A DNA stretch of 37,437 nucleotides from an uncultured Methanosarcinales archaeon. Its GTDB lineage: Archaea > Nanobdellota > Nanobdellia > Woesearchaeales > CALCXY01. Of this stretch, positions 10,044 through 19,586 are shown in pieces. The notes under the pieces were generated by a model. It was given only the letters and a program-made list of their open reading frames with translations, ran no database searches and was not told where the DNA came from. How positions within the stretch are numbered: position 1 is the first letter of the stretch; every line of letters begins with the position of its first letter. Both the position numbers and the translations under genes were made by a program. Location of the stretch: contig CAYLOA010000010.1 in the NCBI GenBank assembly GCA_964385185.1, positions 1-37,437 on the forward strand, given 5' to 3'.

Positions 10044-10232
10044 ATGGGAAGAATTAAAACTCAATTGGTAAAGAGAATAACTGAAGAATTACTTAAGAAT
10101 CACGGTGACTCTTTTAAGACTGAATTTGAAGAGAATAAAAAATTAGTGACTGAACTAGCAGATATACCTTCTAAGAAACATAGAAACACTATAGCTGGCT
10201 ATGTAACTAGAAAGGTTAAAGCTAAGGCTTAA
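10044..10232 (+). CDS. rps17e: 30S ribosomal protein S17e
   Basis: MGRIKT...FEENKK...SKKHRNTIAGYVTR. Confidence 0.97.
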   Translation: MGRIKTQLVKRITEELLKNHGDSFKTEFEENKKLVTELADIPSKKHRNTIAGYVTRKVKAKA

Positions 10233-10233
10233 A

Positions 10234-10512
10234 ATGGATGATAACTCCATCTTTATTGGTGGAAAACCTTTTATGAATTATGTAACGGGTGTTGTCATGC
10301 AGTTTACGACCAAAAATGCTTCTGAAGTTGTTGTTAAAGCTCGTGGAAAATTTATCTCTCGAGCTGTAGATGTTTCTGAAGTTGCTATTAAACGATTTCT
10401 TCAAGGGCAAGCTGTTGTTAAGGATATTAAAATTGGTAGTGAAGAATTCAAGAATGATGAAGATAAAGATGTTCGAGTGAGTACGATTGATATTGTGTTG
10501 AGTAAGATTTGA
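10234..10512 (+). CDS. albA: DNA/RNA-binding protein Alba
   Basis: IFIGGKPFMNYV, KARGKFISRAVDV, VSTIDIVL. Confidence 0.97.
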   Translation: MDDNSIFIGGKPFMNYVTGVVMQFTTKNASEVVVKARGKFISRAVDVSEVAIKRFLQGQAVVKDIKIGSEEFKNDEDKDVRVSTIDIVLSKI

Positions 10513-10558
10513 TTAATACCGCTACTTTTTTATACTATATGAAGAACTAATATCATGT

Positions 10559-10632
10559 GGACCTGTAGTATAGTCTGGATAGTACGGCCGGCTTCGGACC
10601 GGCAAACCGGGGTTCGAATCCTCGCAGGTCCG
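10559..10632 (+). tRNA. tRNA-Arg(TCG), no intron, CCA not encoded
   Basis: Acceptor GGACCTG/CAGGTCC, anticodon arm GCCGG-CTTCGGA-CCGGC, T-arm CGGGG-TTCGAAT-CCTCG. Confidence 0.95.
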
Positions 10633-10687
10633 TGTTTCTTTTTTGTACCATTAACTTTATAAACGAAACAGCATCAAGGTAATCTAG

Positions 10688-11032
10688 ATGAGTAAAAAGA
10701 AAGAAGAAGCTGCACAAGCTGAAGCAATTCAAACGGAAATTTCAAGAGTTATGATGCCAAGAGGCAATCAAACACTTGGCCTTTTGGATGAACGATTAGG
10801 AGCTTCTAGAACCCGAGTTAAATGTCTTGATGGTAAGACAAGAATTTGTCGAATTCCTGGACGATTAAAACGAAGATTATGGGTACGACCTGGTGATATT
10901 GTATTAGTTCAACCTTGGGAACTTGGTGGAGACGAAAAAGGAGATATTATTTTCAAATATAGACCTGCTCAAAAAGATTTCTTACAAAGAAAAGGTATGC
11001 TTGATAAGTTACAAGATACTGATGAGTTCTAA
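10688..11032 (+). CDS. eif1a: Translation initiation factor aIF-1A
   Basis: RLGASRTRVKCLDGKTRICRIPGRLKRRLWVRPGDIVLVQPW. Confidence 0.96.
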   Translation: MSKKKEEAAQAEAIQTEISRVMMPRGNQTLGLLDERLGASRTRVKCLDGKTRICRIPGRLKRRLWVRPGDIVLVQPWELGGDEKGDIIFKYRPAQKDFLQRKGMLDKLQDTDEF

Positions 11033-11180
11033 CGACTACACAAGTTAGTCGACGCCTACGGCGAATAAGAGGATTTCGCTTTGCTCAACCCTCTAATGCA
11101 CCTGTCTTGAAAAATATTTATAACTGGCAGGTATCGCCTTACTCAACCCCTCGAGTGGCACTGTTACAAGATGCCTAGAC
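11033..11180. repeat. Intergenic cluster of short palindromes and a degenerate direct repeat
   Basis: CGACTA/TAGTCG and CGCC-TAC-GGCG hairpins; TCGCtttgCTCAACCCtc at 11076 resembles TCGCcttaCTCAACCCctc at 11134. Confidence 0.45.
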
Positions 11181-11289
11181 CTTTTTCTCAATTCTATATT
11201 TTCCATTACTCTGTATTGATTATTGGTAATCTATTGTAAATTATCAACCTCATAAATGTTTATATACAATTATCCTGTAACTAATAGCT

Positions 11290-11757
11290 ATGGGAGAAAG
11301 ACGGTTTATGTTGTTGATGATGGTATTAGTTCTTAATTTCTTAGGAACAATCTATCTGATATTTCAAAAATCAGGAATTGACTTTAGAGTACACTTGTTT
11401 TTGAGTTTACTCTTTATGGTTATTGGATTCCTGGCTTTAATTGGCGTCTTACATGATCGACCATGGACGTATCAATTAGGTATGTTACTTTTTGCAGCTA
11501 TATTATTACATGATATCATCCTACTGCACGGCTCAGGAAGAATCTACAGCTTAATTGGACTTAGTTTTATCAATATGGTTGCTTTCTTACTCTGTATTGC
11601 TTCTCTTGAGAGTTATCAAGAGAGGAAATGGAGAGTGCAAGAAGCTCGGAAGGGAAGATCTCCTAAAGAGGCTCCAAAACCAATGCCAAAAGTTGAATCG
11701 TATGAAGAAAAGACTGTGGCAAAGACAGTTAGTAAAAAAACTAGTAAAAAGAAGTAA
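11290..11757 (+). CDS. Hypothetical membrane protein (about 4 TM, Lys-rich tail)
   Basis: Hydrophobic N-terminal two-thirds; TTTATATA box upstream. Confidence 0.75.
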   Translation: MGERRFMLLMMVLVLNFLGTIYLIFQKSGIDFRVHLFLSLLFMVIGFLALIGVLHDRPWTYQLGMLLFAAILLHDIILLHGSGRIYSLIGLSFINMVAFLLCIASLESYQERKWRVQEARKGRSPKEAPKPMPKVESYEEKTVAKTVSKKTSKKK

Positions 11758-11805
11758 TTATTGAATACTTCTGATGAAGTCTACAATTCCTCAAACAAGT
11801 TTGAG

Positions 11806-12237
11806 TTAATTCTCTCTGTATAAGTAAATTGCAAATATAATAGCTCCAATTGTTATTGCAGCATCTGCAATGTTAAAACTTGGCCAGATACTAATGGCAA
11901 TAAAGTCTATTACTCTTCCTAGTCTGATTCTATCGATAAGATTTCCAATAGCTCCTCCTACGATTAAAGCGTAGCATATATAGAGATATGATTTCTTTGG
12001 TATTTGATCATAGTAATAGAATATTCCTCCGAGAATGATTAATGAAATGAAGATTAGAATTGAATTAAAACCTGTGAATATGCCAAAGCCAGCTCCCGTG
12101 TTAGTTGAAAGTCTTAATTGGAAGAAGTTTGAGATAATTGGTATAGGGGATGTTAATTTTGATGCCCATATTTTGGTTAATTGGTCTAGAAGAATGACTG
12201 CTCCTGCAGTTATAGGAATAAGATAGTCTTTTTTCAT
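11806..12237 (-). CDS. lspA: Lipoprotein signal peptidase (signal peptidase II)
   Basis: LDQLTK, NTGAGFG, GGAIGNLIDRI, VIDFI, FNIADAAI (both catalytic Asp motifs). Confidence 0.93.
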   Translation of the reverse strand: MKKDYLIPITAGAVILLDQLTKIWASKLTSPIPIISNFFQLRLSTNTGAGFGIFTGFNSILIFISLIILGGIFYYYDQIPKKSYLYICYALIVGGAIGNLIDRIRLGRVIDFIAISIWPSFNIADAAITIGAIIFAIYLYREN

Positions 12238-12268
12238 AAGAGATAATAAAAAGAAATAATATAAAAGC

Positions 12269-12682
12269 CTAATGGCTTTTATGTTCTTCAGTGGGTTCCT
12301 TCACGGGAGCTCTTAGGACTTCACTCAGTGCTGTAAAAAAGACGGGCACGGCGGTGAAAAACAAGAATCCTGGTGGGGCTTCCACAGGTGGTAGTTGAAA
12401 AAAGGTTAATATTTTTGGTAAGGTTACCCAAATAGTTGAGCCCAACATAGCCACGGCAAACCAAGAAGCTAATCGTGTTTTATAGTTAGCAAAATAGGCT
12501 ATAGCCATAAAGATTTGAACAATTCCTGCTAGTAAGATAAATGCTAAAGGAAATCCAAATCCATAAAACATTTGATAGGGTCCATTTATAAAAAATGAAG
12601 CGCTGGTAAACTTTACCAATCCAAATGCTAGGAAGAATAAACCTAATCCAAAATGTATCATTAATCTACTTTTAGTTCTCAT
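12269..12682 (-). CDS. DoxX-like membrane protein
   Basis: GLGLFFLAFGLVKF...GIVQIF...TRLAS pattern, about 4 TM; SD GGAGGT. Confidence 0.65.
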   Translation of the reverse strand: MRTKSRLMIHFGLGLFFLAFGLVKFTSASFFINGPYQMFYGFGFPLAFILLAGIVQIFMAIAYFANYKTRLASWFAVAMLGSTIWVTLPKILTFFQLPPVEAPPGFLFFTAVPVFFTALSEVLRAPVKEPTEEHKSH

Positions 12683-12783
12683 AAAAATAACCTCCGAATT
12701 ATAAAAAAGGAAGATATGAAAGTATTTAAGGATTGCTTTTATGAAACAAAAGTGAATTTAAAAAATAAAAAAAGGCAGGTGCC

Positions 12784-13293
12784 TCAACTCAAATTTATAA
12801 TGTTTGCAGCTGAGTACATGTTTCTCACACCTTCTCCAAGAAGATTTCGAGAGTTCATTACTCGTGTAGATTGATCTACTCTTCTTCCAGATCCGATATC
12901 TGCAGTAGCTTTTTCCAATTGGTACTCAATGTTTTGAGTTTGCATAGTTGTCATAGCTTCTAATTGCTTTGACTGTAGTCCTTGCATCGCTTCAAACTGA
13001 GCTAATTGGTATGTTTTCCAATCTCCAAGTTGTCTTGCAAAAACTTCATGTTTAGCTCCAAGAGCTTCCATAAACATTGTTCGGTCAGAGTTCATAACTT
13101 GTCGTTCTCTGTACAAAGCTTCTTGTTGTGGAGTTGCATATCCGCCTTGCTCAATTCTATCGAAATAAGCTGGTGTGATTGCTCTATCTCCATGTTGTTT
13201 TACGTCTGTAGTTTCCACTGGTAATGTAATTTCATTCTCAATAGGAAGGTCTACATTCTGTTTTGGTGCTTCTATTTGTTTTTGTTTTGTCAT
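12784..13293 (-). CDS. Hypothetical Gln/Met-rich helical protein (start likely 13293)
   Basis: SD GGAGGT 7 nt before ATG 13293; followed by AGGCA/TGCCT palindrome and long T-tract. Confidence 0.75.
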   Translation of the reverse strand: MTKQKQIEAPKQNVDLPIENEITLPVETTDVKQHGDRAITPAYFDRIEQGGYATPQQEALYRERQVMNSDRTMFMEALGAKHEVFARQLGDWKTYQLAQFEAMQGLQSKQLEAMTTMQTQNIEYQLEKATADIGSGRRVDQSTRVMNSRNLLGEGVRNMYSAANIINLS

Positions 13294-13394
13294 TTTACCT
13301 ACCTCCATAGGGTGATAGATATAGAATACGTATGAAAAATATAGATATTCTCACAATAGAATATAGTTTCTATAGAGATTTTTAGTATTTTAAA

Positions 13395-13523
13395 AAAGTA
13401 AAGGTAATGGCTCGCTCAGCGACCCAACTCTCACGGCGCCTCATTAAAGTAGCGCCGTGAGTATAGTCATTTTTTCCAGCCATCACTACTGTGCCCTGTG
13501 GGCACCAGTAGTAGTGGTGGCTG
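13395..13523 (-). ncRNA. Unrecognised structured element, copy A
   Basis: Minus strand: CAGCCACCACTAC-TACTG-GTGCCC-ACA-GGGCAC-A-GTAGTGATGGCTG, then CTCACGGCGC/GCGCCGTGAG, then AGTTGGGTCGC-TGA-GCGAGCCA, then TTTACTTTT; covaries with copies B and C. Confidence 0.7.
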
Positions 13524-13569
13524 ATACAATTACATTAAATATATTATTAAGGATTTACTAAGAAATTAT

Positions 13570-14052
13570 TTACCAACTTTTTCTGAAATTATCTGTAGAT
13601 TGTGGCTCATGAGTTTGAGCTACTCGAGAAAGATTATCTAATTTAACATTTACTGCTTCAAGTGTTACTTTTAGCATGTCTAATTTTGCGGAAATAACTT
13701 CCATATTTTTATCTGCCATCTCATTATGTTGAAATGATTGTTGTTGAGGTGCAGCTGTAATTGGGGCTTGTCTTGGACCTTCTTGAAACGGATGTGATGG
13801 ACCTGGAGTTTCTGGTTCTGCACTTGCCATGCTTGGATCGGTATATTCTGTTTTTGGTAAACCTAAGTCGTCTTTCTTACCTGCACCGCCTAATGGATCT
13901 CCGGATGCTTCTAAACTGGGAATATTTACTCCGCTATCATTTGGAGGGAGCTCTCCTGCGCCAAGATCTTCTCCTGGAGGTGGACCTAAGTCTTTATCAA
14001 AATCAAACTCATCGTCTTTCTTCCAGAATTTTAACTTATCCATGACTCCCAT
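13570..14052 (-). CDS. Hypothetical protein (Pro/Asp-rich disordered region, C-terminal coiled segment)
   Basis: MGVMDKLKFWKKDDEFDF start, SD GAGGT, helix MEVISAKLDMLKVTLEAVNVKLDNL. Confidence 0.8.
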   Translation of the reverse strand: MGVMDKLKFWKKDDEFDFDKDLGPPPGEDLGAGELPPNDSGVNIPSLEASGDPLGGAGKKDDLGLPKTEYTDPSMASAEPETPGPSHPFQEGPRQAPITAAPQQQSFQHNEMADKNMEVISAKLDMLKVTLEAVNVKLDNLSRVAQTHEPQSTDNFRKSW

Positions 14053-14084
14053 AACCTCTATTTTGAAGAAGATAGTATTTAAAT

Positions 14085-14615
14085 TTAACTACTATCGTCA
14101 GATTCTTTGTCTTTCTTATTTTTTCTTTTGAACAGCTTTGAAAAGAATCCTTTCTTCTTTTGTTTTTGTTCTTCCTTCTCTAATTCTTCAAAAGGATCTT
14201 CCAAGCCGTCACAAATAAATACAGAATTTTTCTTATTGTAGGTGGGAACGATTGAAGGTGGTTTTACAAAACTGTAGGTGGTGGGTTTTGGATGGCTCTT
14301 TGAGTAAGTGGGTGGTGTGTAGCCTTGCATTGCTGTGGAGACTGCATCTTGGACTATTTCTGTTAATTTATGTTCTAATGATTCTGTTTCTGGCATTTTT
14401 GGGATTACTTGGATTCCTGTCTGTTTTATTTCAGGATGAAAACGATGGTATGCATGAGAAATAACTGTTTTTATTCCTGGATCAATTGCACTTGCATAGA
14501 ATACTCCACAGATAAATGCTGTGCTAAGAAATTTGTAACAACTATGTTTTACTCTCATGGATGTAGGGATGGTATAGGGAACTTGTTGATACATATCATC
14601 AATAGATTTTGGCAT
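14085..14615 (-). CDS. Hypothetical protein with one TM segment
   Basis: 176-aa ORF with upstream TATA-like box and C-terminal KKKGFFSKLF amphipathic motif. Confidence 0.65.
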   Translation of the reverse strand: MPKSIDDMYQQVPYTIPTSMRVKHSCYKFLSTAFICGVFYASAIDPGIKTVISHAYHRFHPEIKQTGIQVIPKMPETESLEHKLTEIVQDAVSTAMQGYTPPTYSKSHPKPTTYSFVKPPSIVPTYNKKNSVFICDGLEDPFEELEKEEQKQKKKGFFSKLFKRKNKKDKESDDSS

Positions 14616-14830
14616 AGTGTATATGAGATGTTATGTTTAATATGTCTTTGTTGATTTATTTGTAAAGAAATCCGGGCGTCTTGGAAATATTCATACACAG
14701 GGACTGAATTTTTTCGAAATCAAATCTGTATTTGAAAGATAATTTACAAATGACAAAAGAAATGTTAAAGTTAGACGAGAAAAAAATTACTTGGTTAAGA
14801 CTTATAAATTGAAGTTGATTCTTCTTTAAT

Positions 14831-15352
14831 ATGAGAAGACATAGATATGATAGATTTTTTCATAACTATCCTAGGAAAGAATATTTTCTTCCTCAGACTG
14901 AAGTAAAGAAATTACCTTATTTTAATGTGCTACAAATTTTACAAAAAAATCTTCATGAATGGGTACCTCATTTTCCTTCTCGTTATTGTGTGCAAACTAC
15001 TCGGTGTGCCAGCCGGTTAACTAGGCTCACAGAACTTGGAGGAAATTATGAATCATTTGCCCCAAAAATTCAAGGAGAGTATGAATTTCCAGTTCTAAAC
15101 TATCCACTTATTCGGTGGCATGCATGGAATTATGACAAACAAAGAGGATTGTATATTGATCTCAGTCACCATCAATGGAATAATAATTTACCTCAAATTA
15201 TGGTCTTTGAAGGAGATACAACTGTAATGGTTCCCAACAAATGGGACACCCGAAAACAAAAAAATTGTCGTTTATCTGATCAGTATAAGGCTCAGAAGTT
15301 CAAGACAGTTCTTCATAAATCAAGGAAGGAAATACGAAATCAGATGCGTTAA
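14831..15352 (+). CDS. Hypothetical protein
   Basis: 173-aa ORF, CTTATAAA box about 25 nt upstream. Confidence 0.65.
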   Translation: MRRHRYDRFFHNYPRKEYFLPQTEVKKLPYFNVLQILQKNLHEWVPHFPSRYCVQTTRCASRLTRLTELGGNYESFAPKIQGEYEFPVLNYPLIRWHAWNYDKQRGLYIDLSHHQWNNNLPQIMVFEGDTTVMVPNKWDTRKQKNCRLSDQYKAQKFKTVLHKSRKEIRNQMR

Positions 15353-15356
15353 ATAA

Positions 15357-16436
15357 TTACCTCTTCTTCAACTGTACAGGAGCTACCATTAAGATTGCTA
15401 ACAGAATAAAGACATAGGGAAGATAGATTACTGGGAAACTGAAGAACAATAACAGAGGAAGTATAATTCCATTCCACGTAATCGGCATACCAATGTAGAC
15501 TCCTTGGGCTTGCATGATATTAAACTTGGCTAGTCGTAAGATTCCACAGAGTAAGAAAATAGAAAACGCTATAATTGCAACTTTTGATTGGACTAATGTA
15601 AAACCAATCACGGCAGGAGCAACTCCAAAACTTACGGTGTCTGCCAATGAATCTAATTCTTTTCCAAAATCACTTTCTGTATGTGTTGCTCTCGCAACTT
15701 TTCCATCTAACATATCACAAACTACGGCAACGATAAGAAATACTAACGCTATTGTTAGATTATCTGAGATGGCAAAAATAACTGCTATAATTCCTGAGAG
15801 GACATTTGCTAATGTAAATAAATCTGCAGGTTTTAATAATTTTGTAAATGCAAAGTCATGATACAGTGTTGCTTTCTTTACAATCTTCACTTCTGGAGTG
15901 TAGAGTGCGTAGACAATGTTGAGCACTGTTAAGATTGATGCAGTCCAGAGCAAAATGATATCAGGTTTGTTAAATAAAATCACGATAAAAAATAATGATT
16001 GTGCGTATAATGTAATCTTACTTATGACAGAAGGTTTGAAAATTGTTGATTTGTAGGTAAAGAAAAGATATCCTTCTCTTAATATTGAGAGTACATCCTT
16101 TGCTATAAAAATTATGAATGCCCAGAGTGGCAGTAGATTCTGTTTGAACAACATTATGGAGACTAAAATAATTAAGAGTTTATCTCCAAAAGTGTTGAAT
16201 ATAGATTCGACAGGAGTTTTCAAGATCTTTTTTCTGTATCTGAAATAATCTACAAATCCTAGGCATAAGGTGATGATGAATAAAATTGTAGTTATGAATC
16301 GTTCTGGTTGTAATAATGAAACAGCCACAAAAATGGCAAGAATGATTCTTAGTAGGTAGATTGAGTAGTAAATAGATTCTTGTTTGTATTGATTTTTATA
16401 CGATTTTAATTTCTCTTTGAGTCGCAATTTGGTCAC
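15357..16436 (-). CDS. pssA: Two-domain CDP-alcohol phosphotransferase: degenerate PgsA-like N domain plus PssA-like C domain; start may be TTG 16427
   Basis: C domain has the full motif DMLDGKVARA...FGKELDSLADTVSFGVAP and LRLAKFN; N domain has FGDKLLI and SKITLYAQ remnants. Confidence 0.8.
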   Translation of the reverse strand: MTKLRLKEKLKSYKNQYKQESIYYSIYLLRIILAIFVAVSLLQPERFITTILFIITLCLGFVDYFRYRKKILKTPVESIFNTFGDKLLIILVSIMLFKQNLLPLWAFIIFIAKDVLSILREGYLFFTYKSTIFKPSVISKITLYAQSLFFIVILFNKPDIILLWTASILTVLNIVYALYTPEVKIVKKATLYHDFAFTKLLKPADLFTLANVLSGIIAVIFAISDNLTIALVFLIVAVVCDMLDGKVARATHTESDFGKELDSLADTVSFGVAPAVIGFTLVQSKVAIIAFSIFLLCGILRLAKFNIMQAQGVYIGMPITWNGIILPLLLFFSFPVIYLPYVFILLAILMVAPVQLKKR

Positions 16437-17010
16437 CTCCTCTTACTTTCTGACCAATATGCACTTGAAGTTTGTGTGTTGTTGGAATAATTAAGGTCAC
16501 TTGAGATCCAATGTCAATAAATCCTATTTTGTCACCTTTATGAATGTGAATATTCTTTTTTACATAACAATGAATTCTTCTGGCTAATACTCCTGCAATT
16601 TGGATGACCTTAGCTTTTGTTTTTCCTTCAATAAGAATTTGATTGTTTTCATTTTTCAAAATTGCTAACGTATTTGCCGAGACTGCGTTTGTAAATGTTC
16701 CTTTTTGATATTGAATAGAAGTTACTTTTCCTTTAATCGGTGCATATTGAAAATGAACATCTAAAGGTGTCATCATGATGGAAATAATGTAACATTCTTT
16801 CGCCACATCTTTGGTGAGTGTGTGTACTTTACCGAGCATACCTTTAGGAATTTCCGCCTTTTTTGTTGACTTGGTGATGTTCACAATCTTTCCATGTGTG
16901 GGAGAGATAATACCTTCATCAATATGGATGGGAGGATTTCTTTTGAAGACTAGGAAGTAGAATATGATTAAAAGTGCAATTACTCCAAGTAATGATGAGA
17001 TGATTCCCAT
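16396..17010 (-). CDS. psd: Phosphatidylserine/archaetidylserine decarboxylase proenzyme
   Basis: ISPTHGKI, MTPLDVH, NENN, IQIAG, self-cleavage motif IGSQV. Confidence 0.9.
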   Translation of the reverse strand: MGIISSLLGVIALLIIFYFLVFKRNPPIHIDEGIISPTHGKIVNITKSTKKAEIPKGMLGKVHTLTKDVAKECYIISIMMTPLDVHFQYAPIKGKVTSIQYQKGTFTNAVSANTLAILKNENNQILIEGKTKAKVIQIAGVLARRIHCYVKKNIHIHKGDKIGFIDIGSQVTLIIPTTHKLQVHIGQKVRGGDQIATQREIKIV

Positions 17011-17044
17011 AGAGATTTTGTTGTTTATTTGTATTTAAAGGTTG

Positions 17045-18824
17045 CTAGATTTCTTTAACATCTTGTAGAAAGTGGGTGATCTTATCACTTAAGACATCTA
17101 ACTTGTCATTTAGATTCATATTAAAACTTGCTCTTCGTACTTGTCTTAACCTATCCAACATCTGAGAAAATAATCGTATTAAATCTCCTTCTGATTGATT
17201 GGTTAAATCAATAATATCAAAGAAACTTCCTTTGTTGAAACAGGATTCAACCAAAGAAGCCATCTCAAACATATATCTAAATCTTTCATCGTCTTCGATA
17301 GCTCTCACTTTTCTTAACTTTCTTCTTAAGTCATGAGTCTTATTATGTTTCATAGGTTTGAAGAATTTATCTTTATCTTTAGGCTCATATGCTATCATAG
17401 CAAAGATAACTAAGATTTCATACTCTGTTAAAGAGTCGGCAAAGGTTGTGGCAAATATTTCAGCAGTCTCTACTTCATCTGCATAAATCTTAGAAGCGAA
17501 ATCTCCTTTCTCTGTCAATTTATCAGCTTTGATAAAACCTCTCGCCTTGAGTTTTTTTACCATGTTGTCAAATCGTAATTTCATGTCAACTTGAGTTTCT
17601 TGATACGCTAAAAAGGATTGTTTGAGGATTACTTTCATCTCTTCTTCTGAATGTAATTTTATCATATTCAAAACCGTGTTAATACTTAATCTAAATTGTG
17701 AATGGATCGGCATGACATCTGCTTGTGTTATTTTTTTGACTTTTCCATATTCAAACGTAGGAAGATGGACCATGGTTACTACTAATCCCTTTGTATCAAT
17801 TCCTCTTCTTCCTGCACGTCCTGCCATCTGGAAATATTCTTTAGTGTTGAGATATCTTAGAGAGTATCCGTCGAATTTCTTTAAGGAGTCAAAACAGACA
17901 GTTCTTGCTGGCATGTTAATCCCAACTGCAAAGGTTTCTGTTGTGTACAATACTTTGATTAATCCTTTTCCAAACAATTCTTCTACTATTTCTTTTAGAA
18001 TGGGGAGAAGACCAGCATGGTGAAATCCAATTTGATACGGTAAGATTTCTCGTAAAGCTTTTGTTGCTGAAATTTTATTAATATCAGAAGGTGCATTTTT
18101 TAATTTTTCTCTTACAAACGTTGCTATTTCTGGCTCATGTTTGAAGAACCTTTTTTGTGCTAATTCTATGGCTTTCTTTTGGCACGCTGCTCTTGAAAAA
18201 TTGAAAAATAATGCAGGAACTTTAGTTCCTAATGCTTTCACACATTCTGTATGATCGGGAGGATTTACTCTTTGTCTGGGACCTTTTCTTCTATGCTTGA
18301 ATGCCTGTTTGTATTCAGGAATACCCATTCTGTCATGGACTTTTTTTAGTTCCACAATGCCTAGTTCATTTTCAAAAAACATATGTTGAAGGGGGACGGC
18401 TCGTCTATGATGTTCTATTGTTTCTACTTTATGTTTCTTTATTTTGCAAATCCAGTCGGCAAACTCGGCAGCGTTTGGAATGGTTGCTGATAAGCAGAGA
18501 AATCTCACACTGGGAGGGGAGAAGATGATTGACTCTTCCCAAACATATCCTCTTTCTCTATCATTAATGTAGTGAATTTCATCGAAAACAACATAGTCTA
18601 CNNNNNNNNNNNNNNNNNNNNNNNNNNNNNNNNNNNNNNNNNNNNNNNNNNNNNNNNNNNNNNNNNNNNNNNNNNNNNNNNNNNNNNNNNNNNNNNNNNN
18701 NATAGTTTGCAATTAATGTTTTTCCGGATCCTGTTGGAGCGGAAACTACAACAGATTTACCGTCATCAATTGCATGGATAGAATCAACCTGGAATTTATC
18801 TAATGTTAAATGTAAGTATTGCAT
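17045..18824 (-). CDS. Ski2/HelY-like DEAD/DEAH-box helicase (spans assembly gap 18602-18701)
   Basis: APTGSGKT before the gap; DEIH, LSAT, FHHAGL, TETFAVGINMPA and QMAGRAGRRG after it. Confidence 0.9.
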
Positions 18825-18850
18825 AATTGATTAAGAGAAGAGGTTGTTTA

Positions 18851-19540
18851 TTAATGTAGGTATTTTTGTTGATACAAAATTGCAGCTTTAGCGACTGCAG
18901 GTGGTACTTTGGTTCTTGCTTGTGTTAATAATTTATTTACCACATTAGCTGTAGGATATAAATCAAAACGTTGAAATTTTTCAATTAACTTTTTTTCTGG
19001 AATTCCAAACATTCCAAGAAGGGTTAAAGTGTCCAAATATCCGAGCTGGGCAGGAATTGATGCATTGGCTTCTCCAAGTCTTGTGACTCTAGCGTCTTCA
19101 TTTGGAAATAGAGGTAATGATTCTGGTTTTGGTTCCCAAAAAATTCTTCCAGTATTATAATCTCCTTTGCCTTGATCTATTTGATCAGTATCATAATGGT
19201 TTAATTCAGATTGTACAAGATTCCATCTATCCTTGCATCTTTTGTGGAATGGTTTGTCCACAAATGAATCAAATGTATCTTCAATGGTACAAACAGTGGC
19301 ATAAAAAATTGTTGATTGTTTATTATTTTTCCTAGTGTGTGGAATTTGACCAGAGAAGTGCATATTTCTTGGTCCTTTATTTCCTCGCTGTTTGTCTACA
19401 CTAGGAACAATTTTGGCACAATCATCTCTCCTGTTTGGATTTCCATTACTGTTTGAAGAGATAACTCCGTTAAACATGATTGCATCGTCCATAAAATCTA
19501 TAAAATGAGCTAATGATGGAAAATTATATTTGAATACCAT
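18851..19540 (-). CDS. Hypothetical protein
   Basis: 229-aa ORF with TTTATAAA box upstream. Confidence 0.65.
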   Translation of the reverse strand: MVFKYNFPSLAHFIDFMDDAIMFNGVISSNSNGNPNRRDDCAKIVPSVDKQRGNKGPRNMHFSGQIPHTRKNNKQSTIFYATVCTIEDTFDSFVDKPFHKRCKDRWNLVQSELNHYDTDQIDQGKGDYNTGRIFWEPKPESLPLFPNEDARVTRLGEANASIPAQLGYLDTLTLLGMFGIPEKKLIEKFQRFDLYPTANVVNKLLTQARTKVPPAVAKAAILYQQKYLH

Positions 19541-19586
19541 GTTAGAATATAGACAATTTCACTCTTTATAAAGCTTATGTTTTTAA

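Noticed and set aside
18602..18701. Apparent frameshift or split of the helicase
   Set aside because: Artefact of a 100-N placeholder gap between helicase motifs I and II.
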